A stretch of DNA of 64,000 nt from Flavobacteriales bacterium (GCA_947476955.1 CANJSS010000002.1:615-64614); one strand, 5' to 3'. Shown: positions 7,816 through 17,939, counted from the first letter of the stretch. Numbers and translations are program-made. Notes: generated by a model not told the origin, from the letters alone.

Positions 7816-10207
7816 TTTTCTTAAAAATTCTTTGTATTTTATCTTTAATTTTCTCGCGAATCTTATCTTTAAATGATAAATCTTCACCCTGATAGTATCC
7901 ATAACCATAGCCATAGCCATAACCATAACCATAGGAGGAACTTTTTGTATTTCTTACACCATTCAATATAACATTCAAATTTTCTAACTGACCAATATCA
8001 AAAAACTCTTTTACTTGTTTTGCAAAAACTCTTTTAGAGTAATGAGATTTAAAAACATAAATAGGAATATCTGCTTCGGATAAAATTCTAATCCCATCGG
8101 ATACCAAACCTACTGGTGGATTATCAATAACAATCACATCATATTTATTTTTGAGTTCAGCCAGAATTTCTTTGAATCTTTCTCCTAACAAAAGTTCAGA
8201 TGGATTTGGTGGAATAGGACCTGCTGTTATAAAATCTAAATTTTCAATTTCAGAATGTTGAATGCATTGTTCAAATGTAAATTCATTCACAATTAAACCA
8301 CTCATTCCATAATTATTATTAGTATCCAACCCAATGTGAATTTTTGGTTTGCGAAGATCTAAATCCAATAAAATAGTTTTTTTACCAGTCATGGCAATGA
8401 TTCCCGCCAAATTTAATGCAATAAAAGTTTTTCCTTCTCCTGAAATTGAGGAAGAAACCGCTATTGTTTGATAATTTGGACTAATATAGGTCAAATTTAT
8501 TCGGATTTTCCGCATGGCTTCTGCCAAAGCAGATTTTGAAGATTTACCCACAACTAGCTGCGAAAATTTCATCTCAGAATAAAATGGAACGCCCCCAAGA
8601 ATCGATGCTTTAGCAGGTAATAATTTTACAAGTTCATCCAATTGGTTAATCTCGTTATACGTGAGGTATTTTAATACTAGAATTCCAAATCCAAAAAATA
8701 TTCCAATCATTATAAAGGAGGAATAGATAAATTTTACATTAGGAGAAACTGGTTCTAAACTGATTGATGGACGAGATAGAATACGATTACTAGAGGTATA
8801 ACCTGCATCTGAAATCAGATATTGCGTTTGCTTATCCGATAATAAAGTATAATATTCTTCATTAAAACTTTGAGCATTAATCAACTTACTATATTCTATC
8901 TTCTTTTCTGGCAATTCTAACATTTCATTCTCATAGCTTGCTATTTTGGAGGAGATGATTTTACTGTCGCTATTCATTCGATCTAATATTGCTCCAATAC
9001 TTCTGCGTATCGCAGCTAATTTCTGTTGAATTTTGGTATTGATTGCTTTTATTTCGGTATTTTCAGGAGTTACGCGAAACAGAAGTTCTTCCTTCCGATC
9101 TAATAGATCAAAAAGAGTGCTTATCTGAGCAGATAGCGCGGATTCATAACTTTTACCAAGCATTTCCGGTAAAAGCCGGTATACTTCCAATCGATTAGGA
9201 TCAGATTTTAACTTTGAACTAACACTACTTAAAGAACGAATTTCCTCTTCAATGTCAATTAATTTAGTTTGTAATTCCGATACATTACTTGTTAACTTTT
9301 CATTTTCTTCCTCTATGGTTGAAACATTTGATTTTCGTTGGAACTCAATTAACTCATTATTGGATTGGTCTAATTCAATCGACAAGGAATCCAATTGCTG
9401 CTTAATAAATGCCAAAATATTATCTGAGCCGTTTCGTTTATTTTCTTTTTCATATTGATTGAATGTCTCAGCAACAGCGTTTATAATATCTTGACACTGA
9501 TTCGGATTATTTCCAGTAAAGGTAATCTGAATTGTTTTTGCAACTGGGTCAATTGGCAGGACTTGAAGTGAACTTAACATTGCATTCGTGTAGGATTGAA
9601 TGCTATTAAAAACAAAATATAATTTATTTTTCGTGGCTTCCCTCTCTAGTTCGCTTTTACTTATTGCTTTTATGACAATGTTGAAATGATTATTGATTAA
9701 ATGTTCATCTAATCTTCCTTTAATAGAATATTTTTTGTTGTTAAAAATATAATCCAGCGTAACAATATCGCGACTATATTTTAAATAAATAGGAATACCT
9801 ATCAAAGTAGAATCTTTTAATTCATAAGATTTAACCATGAAACTACTCGAATTATATTTTTCCGTTGTTAAAACTTGCCCTTCCGAGAAATAACTAGTGG
9901 AATAATTAAGCTTTTGGATAGCTTTTTCAAAAATAAGTTGTGAGCGCAGTAATTCAATCTCAGCTGAAATATCTCCATTTCTCGAATTAATGTTTTCAAT
10001 GTCAATGATTTCTTTCGCAGCATCTTCTTTCTCTAATTGCATTACCATGGTTGACTCATATACTGGTTTAGTATAGCGCAATAAAAAATAAGCAAAAGAA
10101 GAGAAGGCAAAGACAAACAATACTGGCCACCACCAATACCGTCTAATTATCGTTTTTAAGATAGCAGGATCATAATGCTTATTAACAATGATACTTTTAT
10201 TTTTCAA
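7796..10207 (-). CDS. wzc: Polysaccharide co-polymerase / tyrosine autokinase (Wzc, PCP-2a BY-kinase).
   Basis: 803 aa. N-terminal TM plus Wzz-like coiled periplasmic domain, then a second TM. Kinase Walker A SSISGEGKTF, A' LLDLDLRKP, B VIVIDNPPVG. C-terminal YGYGYG...YY tyrosine cluster. Confidence 0.9.
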   Translation of the reverse strand: MKNKSIIVNKHYDPAILKTIIRRYWWWPVLFVFAFSSFAYFLLRYTKPVYESTMVMQLEKEDAAKEIIDIENINSRNGDISAEIELLRSQLIFEKAIQKLNYSTSYFSEGQVLTTEKYNSSSFMVKSYELKDSTLIGIPIYLKYSRDIVTLDYIFNNKKYSIKGRLDEHLINNHFNIVIKAISKSELEREATKNKLYFVFNSIQSYTNAMLSSLQVLPIDPVAKTIQITFTGNNPNQCQDIINAVAETFNQYEKENKRNGSDNILAFIKQQLDSLSIELDQSNNELIEFQRKSNVSTIEEENEKLTSNVSELQTKLIDIEEEIRSLSSVSSKLKSDPNRLEVYRLLPEMLGKSYESALSAQISTLFDLLDRKEELLFRVTPENTEIKAINTKIQQKLAAIRRSIGAILDRMNSDSKIISSKIASYENEMLELPEKKIEYSKLINAQSFNEEYYTLLSDKQTQYLISDAGYTSSNRILSRPSISLEPVSPNVKFIYSSFIMIGIFFGFGILVLKYLTYNEINQLDELVKLLPAKASILGGVPFYSEMKFSQLVVGKSSKSALAEAMRKIRINLTYISPNYQTIAVSSSISGEGKTFIALNLAGIIAMTGKKTILLDLDLRKPKIHIGLDTNNNYGMSGLIVNEFTFEQCIQHSEIENLDFITAGPIPPNPSELLLGERFKEILAELKNKYDVIVIDNPPVGLVSDGIRILSEADIPIYVFKSHYSKRVFAKQVKEFFDIGQLENLNVILNGVRNTKSSSYGYGYGYGYGYGYYQGEDLSFKDKIREKIKDKIQRIFKKNADKEI
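7899..7934 (-). repeat. In-frame hexanucleotide microsatellite (TATGGY)x6 encoding the Wzc C-terminal Tyr-Gly cluster.
   Basis: The plus strand reads ccataa ccatag ccatag ccataa ccataa ccatag. It translates on the minus strand to (YG)n followed by YYQ. Confidence 0.9.
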
Positions 10208-10219
10208 TTGGATAAAATA

Positions 10220-10981
10220 TTATTTGAATAGATTAATTAAAAGTAAAGACGTAGAAAGTATTGCAAGGATTGGAGAGATATCTTTCATTAATTCACGAGC
10301 TAAATCCGGAGTTGGTTCAACATAAATGTAATCATTTGCTTGAACCACGATATCCGCATATTTCAATCCGTCAATTGTAGAAAGATCAATTGTATATATT
10401 TGGCGCACTCCTCCTTCTTTTCGCATTAATTTTATTGAATTTGATTTTCCCCTTTCTGAAATTCCTCCCCCTTGGGCTATTGCCTCCATTAAAGTAGTAT
10501 TAGAATTCGTTAAAAATACAACTCTAGGATCTGCCCCACCTCCTGGAAAAACAATTACCCGTTGGTTGGTGATTTTTACCTGAACAAAAGGATTCTGGTA
10601 TTCTTGTGAAAATAGTCTTTGCAAAGTATCTTCAAATTGAACAACTGTCAATCCTTCAGCACCAACTTCTCCCAGTAGCGGCAATTCAACTTTACCTGAT
10701 TTACGGACAACATATTCACTTGCTCCTCCAGCAACACTTTCTCCTCTTATTCCGCCCATCGCTTCAACAATTTTTGTTCCGCTGTTTGTTGCCATGGTGA
10801 AAGTTAATTTATCATCCACCGAAATCCTATAATCACCAGTTGGTTGCATGAGTACTTTTTCGATACTTACATTCTGACCTTTTGGCGCCTTAAACATCAT
10901 ATTATTATTTATACCGCAACGCTGCAATCCAAAGGAAATAATACAAATAAGAATAAGATGTAACGACTTAATTTCTATCAT
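10220..10981 (-). CDS. wza: Polysaccharide export outer-membrane protein (Wza family: Poly_export plus SLBB).
   Basis: 253 aa with a signal sequence. DYRISVDDKLTF and GEVGAEGLTVVQFEDTL are typical of the Wza N-terminal domains. Sits directly upstream of wzc. Confidence 0.8.
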   Translation of the reverse strand: MIEIKSLHLILICIISFGLQRCGINNNMMFKAPKGQNVSIEKVLMQPTGDYRISVDDKLTFTMATNSGTKIVEAMGGIRGESVAGGASEYVVRKSGKVELPLLGEVGAEGLTVVQFEDTLQRLFSQEYQNPFVQVKITNQRVIVFPGGGADPRVVFLTNSNTTLMEAIAQGGGISERGKSNSIKLMRKEGGVRQIYTIDLSTIDGLKYADIVVQANDYIYVEPTPDLARELMKDISPILAILSTSLLLINLFK

Positions 10982-12164
10982 CTAATTTTTCTTTTAACAA
11001 CTTCTTGTAATATAGTTCCATATTGTCAACAAGGGTAGTATAGTGAAATTTATTTTTCACAAAGTTCCAACCATTTTGAGACATTACTTTTCGTTTATCA
11101 TCATTCTCTAACAAAAGTAATAATTTTTCTGAAAATTTTTCCTTTGAATTTTTTGGAACGATGAATCCAGTAACACCATCTTTCACAACATCTCTTACTC
11201 CTCCGACATCTGTAGAAATAACAGGTATGTTAGCCGCTTGTGCTTCAATTAAGCTGACTGGCGTTCCTTCATTATTAGATGTTAAACATAAAATATCCAT
11301 TCCTGCATTGAAATAGTCAATGTTTTTTATCCAGGAAGTTAGCACAAATCGCACATTCGATCCAAGCTGCATATTTTCGATTTTTAGCTCAATTGAAATC
11401 CTTTCGGCACCATCACCAACAATAAAAACGGCAATTTTCTTATCCGTTTGTTTGGAAACTAGTTCGATGGATTCCAAAAATAAAGTGTGATTTTTAATTG
11501 GCGCCAATCTACCGATTATACAAATAGCAACCTCATCTTCCATTATGGAATATTCTGCCCTTGTAATTTGTCTCTTTTCTTCAAGATTTTCATGAAACTT
11601 ATTTAGATCAAACCCCAAAGGGATAACCGTAATCTTTTTCCCTGCACAAATATTGTGTTCCTTAGATAATTCTTCTTTTTGTAAATTAGAAATGGCAACG
11701 ATTCCGGTAGATTTTTTGGCCAACCTTCGTTCGATTAATTTATAAATTCGGGATTTAAATTTCCCAAAATAGGAATGAAAAACATGTCCGTGGAACGTAT
11801 GAATAATTACAGGTACATTTAATTCGTGTGCTGCTTTTCTTCCAAGTGCGCCAGCTTTAGAAGCGTGGGTATGCACAATGTCTGGTTTAAATTCACGTAT
11901 TATTTCTTTCAAACGTTTGTATGCTTTTCTATCCCCTTGAAAACTCGGCGTTCGTTTCATCTCTTCCAATAAAATTGGGTCTAATCCGTATTCCTGTAAA
12001 ATGTGTAATGAATCGGACTCGCCTTCTTCCGGCAGTCCGCCAATTAACATAGTTTCAAAATCTTCAGAAAGATATTTCGTTAAAAAAGTAGCGTTATATG
12101 TAGGTCCACCGATATTAAATCGGTTTATTATTCGTAATATTTTTATCTTTTTTTTTGTTGGCAT
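10968..12164 (-). CDS. Glycosyltransferase family 4 (GT-B).
   Basis: 398 aa. C-terminal EGTPVSLIEAQAANIPVISTDVGGVRDVV (EX7E-type motif). Overlaps the wza start by 14 nt. Confidence 0.85.
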   Translation of the reverse strand: MPTKKKIKILRIINRFNIGGPTYNATFLTKYLSEDFETMLIGGLPEEGESDSLHILQEYGLDPILLEEMKRTPSFQGDRKAYKRLKEIIREFKPDIVHTHASKAGALGRKAAHELNVPVIIHTFHGHVFHSYFGKFKSRIYKLIERRLAKKSTGIVAISNLQKEELSKEHNICAGKKITVIPLGFDLNKFHENLEEKRQITRAEYSIMEDEVAICIIGRLAPIKNHTLFLESIELVSKQTDKKIAVFIVGDGAERISIELKIENMQLGSNVRFVLTSWIKNIDYFNAGMDILCLTSNNEGTPVSLIEAQAANIPVISTDVGGVRDVVKDGVTGFIVPKNSKEKFSEKLLLLLENDDKRKVMSQNGWNFVKNKFHYTTLVDNMELYYKKLLKEKLDDRN

Positions 12165-12287
12165 AAATTATTATTAGAGCGGCTATTTTTATTATTTGAA
12201 AATTTTTTATGCTATATTTTTAAAGAAAAAATAAAATTTCGCCTTTCAATGGGAAGTAATGCAAAATTTTACCTTTACTTTTAGGCT

Positions 12288-13751
12288 ATGAAGTTAACAA
12301 TAATTTCTTTACTATTTTGCGCTGTTTACACACAAGTTTTTTGGGGGCAAAATAGCATTGAAAAATCTATAAATCAATTTAAAGCTCTGCCAGAATTAAC
12401 AAATGCCACTGTCAGCTTTCAGGCATTCGACATATCTAATGGCGAACAAATCGCTGCATTAAATTCTAATCTTTCCATTCCATCTGCTTCCACTACAAAA
12501 TTATTCGCGACGGCTTCAGCACTAGAAATACTTGGAGCGGAATTTCGTCCAAAAACTAGAATATACTCAGACGGAACAATCGATAAAAATGGAATGCTTC
12601 ATGGGAATATCTGGATTCGCGGTGGTGGAGATGTTTCTTTGGGAAGTAAATATTTTACGGAGGATGGTCATCAGCGAGATTTTTTAATTGCATGGGTTGA
12701 TTCGCTTCAAAAATTAGGAATCACACATATTTCCGGTGCAATAATCGCAGATGGCTCTGAATTTGGTTATGCTGGAGCTCCGGATGGCTGGAGCTGGTCG
12801 GATATGGGGAATTACTATGGCGCTGGTCCAGCTGGAATTTGTGTATTTGACAATCTTTTGAAAATGCATTTTAAAACTGGCTCCTCCCCGGGTTCAAAGA
12901 CAGAATTAGTAACTACTTTCCCAGTCGTACCGGATTTAACGTTTCATAATTACATAACTTCTGAAAACGTCACCGGAGATAATTCCTATATATTTGGCGC
13001 ACCTTATTCTTTAGATAGGTTTGCAACTGGTTCGCTGCCACAGAACCATGCAGGGTTTGAAGTAAAAGGAAGTTTGCCGGATCCAGAATTTCAATTGGCA
13101 CATGAACTATATCAGCAACTCACGAATAGTGGAATTACCGTTGGAGACGGCCCGAAATCAGTAAGAAAAGAAAATCTAATAGTAAAAAACAGGTACAATT
13201 CTAATTTCCAAATACTTTTCACGCACGAAGGAGAAAAAATCATAGATATTGCCAAATTTACCAATATGAAAAGTGTAAACTTATTCGCCGAAGGTCTAAT
13301 TTGCTTGATCGGTTTCCAAAAAACCGGCTTTGGATCAACCGAGGAAGGGTTGAAGCAAGTTGAAAAATATTGGTCTACAAAATTGAATTTAACTGGACTT
13401 TTTTTAAAGGATGGGAGCGGTTTATCTCGCACTAATGGTATTTCGGCAGATCATTTTTGTGCGCTTCTTACGGCAATGAATGTTTCAAAAAACGCATCAC
13501 TTTTCGTTTCAACCCTTCCGGTTGCTGGAAAATCAGGAACGCTATCAAACTTATGTAAAAACCAACTCGGTGAAGGACGAATTATTGCAAAAAGTGGCTC
13601 AATGTCGCGCATTAAATCCTATGCTGGTTATATCGATTCCAAATCCGGGAAAAAGATTGCCTTTTCAATTACAGTAAATAACTTTTCCTGCAGCAGTTCG
13701 TTTTTAACTGTTCAAATTGAAAAATTATTAAATGCTTTGGCGATTTACTAG
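12288..13751 (+). CDS. dacB: D-alanyl-D-alanine carboxypeptidase/endopeptidase (PBP4, peptidase S13).
   Basis: 487 aa with a signal peptide. SxxK = SASTTK, DGSGLS, and a KSGS (KTG-like) box. Confidence 0.85.
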   Translation: MKLTIISLLFCAVYTQVFWGQNSIEKSINQFKALPELTNATVSFQAFDISNGEQIAALNSNLSIPSASTTKLFATASALEILGAEFRPKTRIYSDGTIDKNGMLHGNIWIRGGGDVSLGSKYFTEDGHQRDFLIAWVDSLQKLGITHISGAIIADGSEFGYAGAPDGWSWSDMGNYYGAGPAGICVFDNLLKMHFKTGSSPGSKTELVTTFPVVPDLTFHNYITSENVTGDNSYIFGAPYSLDRFATGSLPQNHAGFEVKGSLPDPEFQLAHELYQQLTNSGITVGDGPKSVRKENLIVKNRYNSNFQILFTHEGEKIIDIAKFTNMKSVNLFAEGLICLIGFQKTGFGSTEEGLKQVEKYWSTKLNLTGLFLKDGSGLSRTNGISADHFCALLTAMNVSKNASLFVSTLPVAGKSGTLSNLCKNQLGEGRIIAKSGSMSRIKSYAGYIDSKSGKKIAFSITVNNFSCSSSFLTVQIEKLLNALAIY

Positions 13752-13773
13752 CTGCTTTAAAAAAATTAAAACT

Positions 13774-14742
13774 TCAGCTGTTAAATTTTAGCTCAACTTC
13801 GGCTATCTCTCTCCAAAAGTCAGCGAGATTTCCACCATCGCATTGAATCATTTGTGGAACAATGCTTGCCGCAGAAAATCCAGGGGTTGTATTTACTTCT
13901 ATCACATGTGGAACGCCTTTTACCACCATAAAATCTATCCTGGCAATCGACCGTAACTGCAAGATTTCATAAATCATTCTTGCCTGTTTCTGAACTTCCA
14001 ACTTCAACTCTTCCGAAACCCTTGCCGGAGTAATTTCATTTGATTTCCCTAAATATTTGGCCTCAAAATCAAAGAATTCATTCTCCGAAACGATTTCCGT
14101 TAGAGGAAGTGCATGCACACCTGATTTTTTTCTATACACCCCACAAGTTACCTCTGTTCCATCTAGAAAAGATTCTACAACAACTGTTCTTCCTTCCTCA
14201 AAAGCCTTATCCAAAGCCGCATCCATTTCTTCCAGTGTTTTAACCTTTGAAATGCCGTAACTAGAGCCTGAATCGCAAGGTTTTACGAAAACCGGTAAAT
14301 CTAGTTTTTCTATAATTTCTATTGCTGAATAGTGTTTTCTTTCTGTCAAATAGATGGAACGTGCAACTTTAATTTCAAAACCTTTGAGGAATTGGTTGCA
14401 ATACCACTTATCAAAAGATAATGCGGAAGCAAGAGGACCAGAATTGATATAAGGAATATTTTTTATTTCTAGGAACGCCTGGATTTTTCCATTCTCACCT
14501 GGATCACCATGTATATAAACAATTGCGGCATCTATTGTTGTCGCGTTTTCCCCAAACGTCATGGTATTTAAATCCAATGGAATTTTTCCGTTTTCCAGCA
14601 AAACATTCCAACCAGTTGCATCAACTTGGATTTTTAATGTATTGAATTCTTTAGGGAAATTATCCTGAATAGTTTGTGCACTCTTTAAAGAAATCTCCCA
14701 CTCGGATGAAAATCCGCCACAAATAATACCAATGGTTTTCAT
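13774..14742 (-). CDS. ddl: D-alanine--D-alanine ligase.
   Basis: Start moved to the ATG at 14742 (MKTIGIICGGFSSEWEISLKS). ATP-grasp motifs VFVKPCDSGSSYGISKV and IEVNTTPG. Confidence 0.92.
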   Translation of the reverse strand: MKTIGIICGGFSSEWEISLKSAQTIQDNFPKEFNTLKIQVDATGWNVLLENGKIPLDLNTMTFGENATTIDAAIVYIHGDPGENGKIQAFLEIKNIPYINSGPLASALSFDKWYCNQFLKGFEIKVARSIYLTERKHYSAIEIIEKLDLPVFVKPCDSGSSYGISKVKTLEEMDAALDKAFEEGRTVVVESFLDGTEVTCGVYRKKSGVHALPLTEIVSENEFFDFEAKYLGKSNEITPARVSEELKLEVQKQARMIYEILQLRSIARIDFMVVKGVPHVIEVNTTPGFSAASIVPQMIQCDGGNLADFWREIAEVELKFNS

Positions 14743-14952
14743 GCTTTCAACTTTTAACGAAAATACTTTTAATAATTGCACTTTTAGAATCGCACGTAAA
14801 AAGTTATCAGCAGGTATGGTGTTGATTTCAATTTTTGACCACTTCAATCCGCAGAATTCTAAAATCTTTGCATCTAAACGCTCAGAATCCTCTTTTTTTA
14901 AAAACTATTTGAATACTTCGAGCTACTTTTTTCTCCGAACTATACTTTCGGT

Positions 14953-14960
14953 TATATTTG
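14953..14960 (+). promoter_or_regulatory. Candidate -7 promoter box TATATTTG for the acyltransferase gene.
   Basis: Exact TAnnTTTG, 31 nt upstream of the ATG at 14992. Confidence 0.45.
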
Positions 14961-14991
14961 TAGTATTAGGGATAACAAAAAACAGAACAAA

Positions 14992-16314
14992 ATGCGATTC
15001 TTCTATTTTATACTATTTTTTACGCTGAAATATTCTTTACGGATATATTATCCTAGGAATAAATCGGTCAATTCACCAAAAGGTTTTTTCGGAAGAACCA
15101 TATATGTTAGCAATCATGCAGCTTCGTTCATGGATCCGCTTGTTGTAGCTTCGATGCGAAAGCCTATTGTTTTCTTCATGACTCGCTCCGACGTTTTTAC
15201 ACGATTTACACGACCATTTTTATGGGCAGCGCACATGTTACCAATTTATCGCCAGCACGATGGCGTTGATACAAAAGATGAAAACGTAAAAGTTTTTGAT
15301 CAATGCGCGAACATTCTTTCCTATGGAAGAAATCTATTGATATTTGGTGAAGGTTTCACGGATGATGTCTTTATTAGACGCTTGAAACCATTAAAGAAAG
15401 GTGCCGCTCGGATTGGCTTTAATGCATTGGAGAAACTAAATTGGAAAAAGAAAATCTATCTCGCTGCAGTAGGTTGCAATTACTCAGATCCAAATACAAT
15501 TGGAAGCGATCTTCTTGTTTCTACTTCGAAGCGAATTTGCTTGAATGATTACCAGCAAGAGTTTATAGAAAATCCGAACAAGGTAATTACGGAAGTTACA
15601 AAACTATTGGAAAATATGCTAAAGGAGCAAATCACGCATATTGAAGATAAAAATATGGCGAATTTTCATGAAAATATAATGAAATTAACCCGAAAAGGAA
15701 TGAATGCACTGCATAGTAATACAAAAATTCCACTGGTTAATCGTTGGCATTATTCTCAAAATCTCGCAAATTGGCTGAACCAACAAACTGCTGAATCATT
15801 AGAGATTCTTACCCATTTAAAGAATGAAATGGAGTCCTATTTTTCACTTCTCCGAAAACTTCGAATGAATGAAAATTACGTTTTTGAATTATCCCAACAC
15901 CATAAATTAAATCGAACAAAAGAATTGCTTTCACTTATTTTACTAGCACCATTTGCGATACTTGGACTTATACATTGTGGATTGCCGTATTTTCTCATTA
16001 AGCGGTTTGTCGAAAAATCTTTCAAACGCAGGGTTTTTTGGGGTTCGGTGAAATTAATCTTGGGAATGATTGTTATGGGATTGATAAATATTCCTGCAAT
16101 TTTTCTTTTTTACAATTGTGTATACCCAAGTTATCTGCTTGGATTTTTGTATTATGCTTTAATCGGGTTTTTTGGTTTAGCAGCTTATAAATGGTGGAAA
16201 AACTTCCTTCAATTTCGTGAAAAGGGAGTTGTTATGAAAACAGATGTTACAAAAATAGTAGCAAAACGGAAAGCACTTACAGAGCAAATTGAAGCAACTA
16301 TACCAATTCAGTAA
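14992..16314 (+). CDS. PlsC-family (lysophospholipid) acyltransferase with a long C-terminal membrane extension.
   Basis: HX4D block SNHAASFMD and FGEGFTDD in the first ~150 aa. The last ~130 aa contain 2-3 hydrophobic helices (LLSLILLAPFAILGLIHCGL, LILGMIVMGLINIPAIFLF, LGFLYYALIGFFGLAAY). Confidence 0.75.
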   Translation: MRFFYFILFFTLKYSLRIYYPRNKSVNSPKGFFGRTIYVSNHAASFMDPLVVASMRKPIVFFMTRSDVFTRFTRPFLWAAHMLPIYRQHDGVDTKDENVKVFDQCANILSYGRNLLIFGEGFTDDVFIRRLKPLKKGAARIGFNALEKLNWKKKIYLAAVGCNYSDPNTIGSDLLVSTSKRICLNDYQQEFIENPNKVITEVTKLLENMLKEQITHIEDKNMANFHENIMKLTRKGMNALHSNTKIPLVNRWHYSQNLANWLNQQTAESLEILTHLKNEMESYFSLLRKLRMNENYVFELSQHHKLNRTKELLSLILLAPFAILGLIHCGLPYFLIKRFVEKSFKRRVFWGSVKLILGMIVMGLINIPAIFLFYNCVYPSYLLGFLYYALIGFFGLAAYKWWKNFLQFREKGVVMKTDVTKIVAKRKALTEQIEATIPIQ

Positions 16315-16321
16315 CAAACAT

Positions 16322-16912
16322 TTAACTCTCTTTTTTGTGCGCTAATGGCTGGAAGAAAACTTTAAAAAGTAGCAGCGAAATACAAAATCCAAGTAATCCT
16401 CCGGCTAAAACATCTGAAAGATAGTGAACACCAAGATACAATCTACTGTAACCAATTGCTAATCCTGCAAGTAAGAGCAGCCATTTTAAAGTTGGATAAA
16501 ACCTATTCAATACGAATAAAGAACTGCATGCTATTGCTAAAAAATTAGCAGCGTGCGACGAAACAAATCCATATTTTCCGCCTTTGTAATATTCACCAGG
16601 CTCCATTTCATAATAATGTAACTTATTCGTTAGAATCAAATTATGCGAAGGTCTGAAGCGAAGAAATACATTTTTAAAAGCATGAACGGAAACTAAATCT
16701 GCAAGCACAACAGCTGCGCATACAAATCCTATGAAAAGAAAAAAAGTTTTGCGCTCCAATTTTCTGTAGGCTAAAAAAAGAATAAATACATACAGAGGAA
16801 TCCATGTGAGCCTTGCCGAAACAATCCACATAATTTCGTCTAATAGTGGTGTGTTCCAACTATTTATTATGGTAACTATTTGTCTGTCTATTTCTTCCAG
16901 AAAATTATTCAT
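16322..16912 (-). CDS. PAP2-family lipid phosphatase.
   Basis: Motifs [16 protein letters not shown] and [16 protein letters not shown]. Polytopic membrane protein. The start overlaps the obg stop by 8 nt. Confidence 0.85.
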   Translation of the reverse strand: MNNFLEEIDRQIVTIINSWNTPLLDEIMWIVSARLTWIPLYVFILFLAYRKLERKTFFLFIGFVCAAVVLADLVSVHAFKNVFLRFRPSHNLILTNKLHYYEMEPGEYYKGGKYGFVSSHAANFLAIACSSLFVLNRFYPTLKWLLLLAGLAIGYSRLYLGVHYLSDVLAGGLLGFCISLLLFKVFFQPLAHKKES

Positions 16913-17897
16913 TATTCAAATTTTCCCAAATTAAATCTTTTAGTTCGGTAAGTCCTTGTTCTGCAACGGCAGAAATAAAAACGTAAGGTATTTTTGGTAA
17001 ATCTTTTTTTATATCACGGATTAAATCCTCATCCAACATGTCCGATTTGGTTATAGCCAAAAGCCGATCTTTGTGCAATAATTCAGGATTATATTGTTTC
17101 AACTCATTAAGTAAAATCTTATATTCTTTGTGAATATCTTCACTATCCGCTGGAACCATAAACAAAAGCAACGAATTTCGTTCGATATGGCGCAGAAAAC
17201 GCAACCCTAATCCTTTTCCTTCATGCGCACCTTCAATAATTCCAGGAATATCCGCCATAATAAACGATCGGTAATCGCGGTATTTTACAATTCCAAGATT
17301 TGGACGCAGGGTAGTAAATGCATAATTTGCAATTTCCGGTTTCGCGGATGTCAAAACAGAAAGTAAGGTGCTTTTACCCGCATTTGGAAAACCAACCAAA
17401 CCAACATCTGCCAAAACTTTTAACTCTAAAACTTTCCAGTTTTCCTGACCTTCCTCCCCTGGTTGAGCAAAACGCGGTGTTTGATTTGTCGGAGATTTGA
17501 AATTATTATTACCAAATCCTCCGCGACCGCCTGGCTGTAAAATGCGTTCTTCGCCTTCTTCTGTTATTTCAAACAATATCTCACCAGTTTCCATGTCGCG
17601 CGCGATTGTTCCAAGCGGAACATCAATGTATTCATCCTGACCTTGCTTTCCAGTTTGAAGGTTCAAGGAACCGTGACCACCATGACCCGCTTTAATATGT
17701 TTTTTAAATTTTAAATGTAAAAGCGTCCAAAGTTGTTTATTTCCGCGAACATAAATATGGCCTCCACGTCCACCATCTCCTCCATCCGGCCCTCCTTTGG
17801 GGATATATTTTTCCCTTCGAAAGTGCGTAGAACCTCCGCCTCCGTTACCAGATTTGCAATGTATTTTTACATAATCCACAAAATTATCAGAAGCCAT
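16905..17897 (-). CDS. obg: GTPase Obg/CgtA.
   Basis: N-terminal [25 protein letters not shown] with a Gly-rich Obg fold. G1 [10 protein letters not shown]3 [10 protein letters not shown]4 TKSD. Confidence 0.95.
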   Translation of the reverse strand: MASDNFVDYVKIHCKSGNGGGGSTHFRREKYIPKGGPDGGDGGRGGHIYVRGNKQLWTLLHLKFKKHIKAGHGGHGSLNLQTGKQGQDEYIDVPLGTIARDMETGEILFEITEEGEERILQPGGRGGFGNNNFKSPTNQTPRFAQPGEEGQENWKVLELKVLADVGLVGFPNAGKSTLLSVLTSAKPEIANYAFTTLRPNLGIVKYRDYRSFIMADIPGIIEGAHEGKGLGLRFLRHIERNSLLLFMVPADSEDIHKEYKILLNELKQYNPELLHKDRLLAITKSDMLDEDLIRDIKKDLPKIPYVFISAVAEQGLTELKDLIWENLNNE

Positions 17898-17910
17898 AAT
17901 GAATTTTTTA

Positions 17911-17918
17911 CAAAGTTA
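17911..17918 (-). promoter_or_regulatory. Candidate -7 box (TAACTTTG on the minus strand) for obg.
   Basis: The plus strand reads CAAAGTTA, 13 nt upstream of the obg ATG at 17897. Confidence 0.4.
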
Positions 17919-17939
17919 GGATTATTCATCCAATAAACT

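Noticed and set aside
7816-7932. N-terminal extension of rfbC beginning MVMVMAMAMVM (ORF-track start 7932).
   Set aside because: It is the out-of-frame reading of the (TATGGY)6 repeat inside wzc. The epimerase homology begins at the ATG at 7815 (MQIRKFEIEGLLLIEP...).
14743-14847. 35-codon N-terminal extension of ddl.
   Set aside because: Ddl homology starts at MKTIGIICGGFSSEWEIS (ATG 14742). The extension has no counterpart in Ddl proteins and lies in the divergent promoter region.
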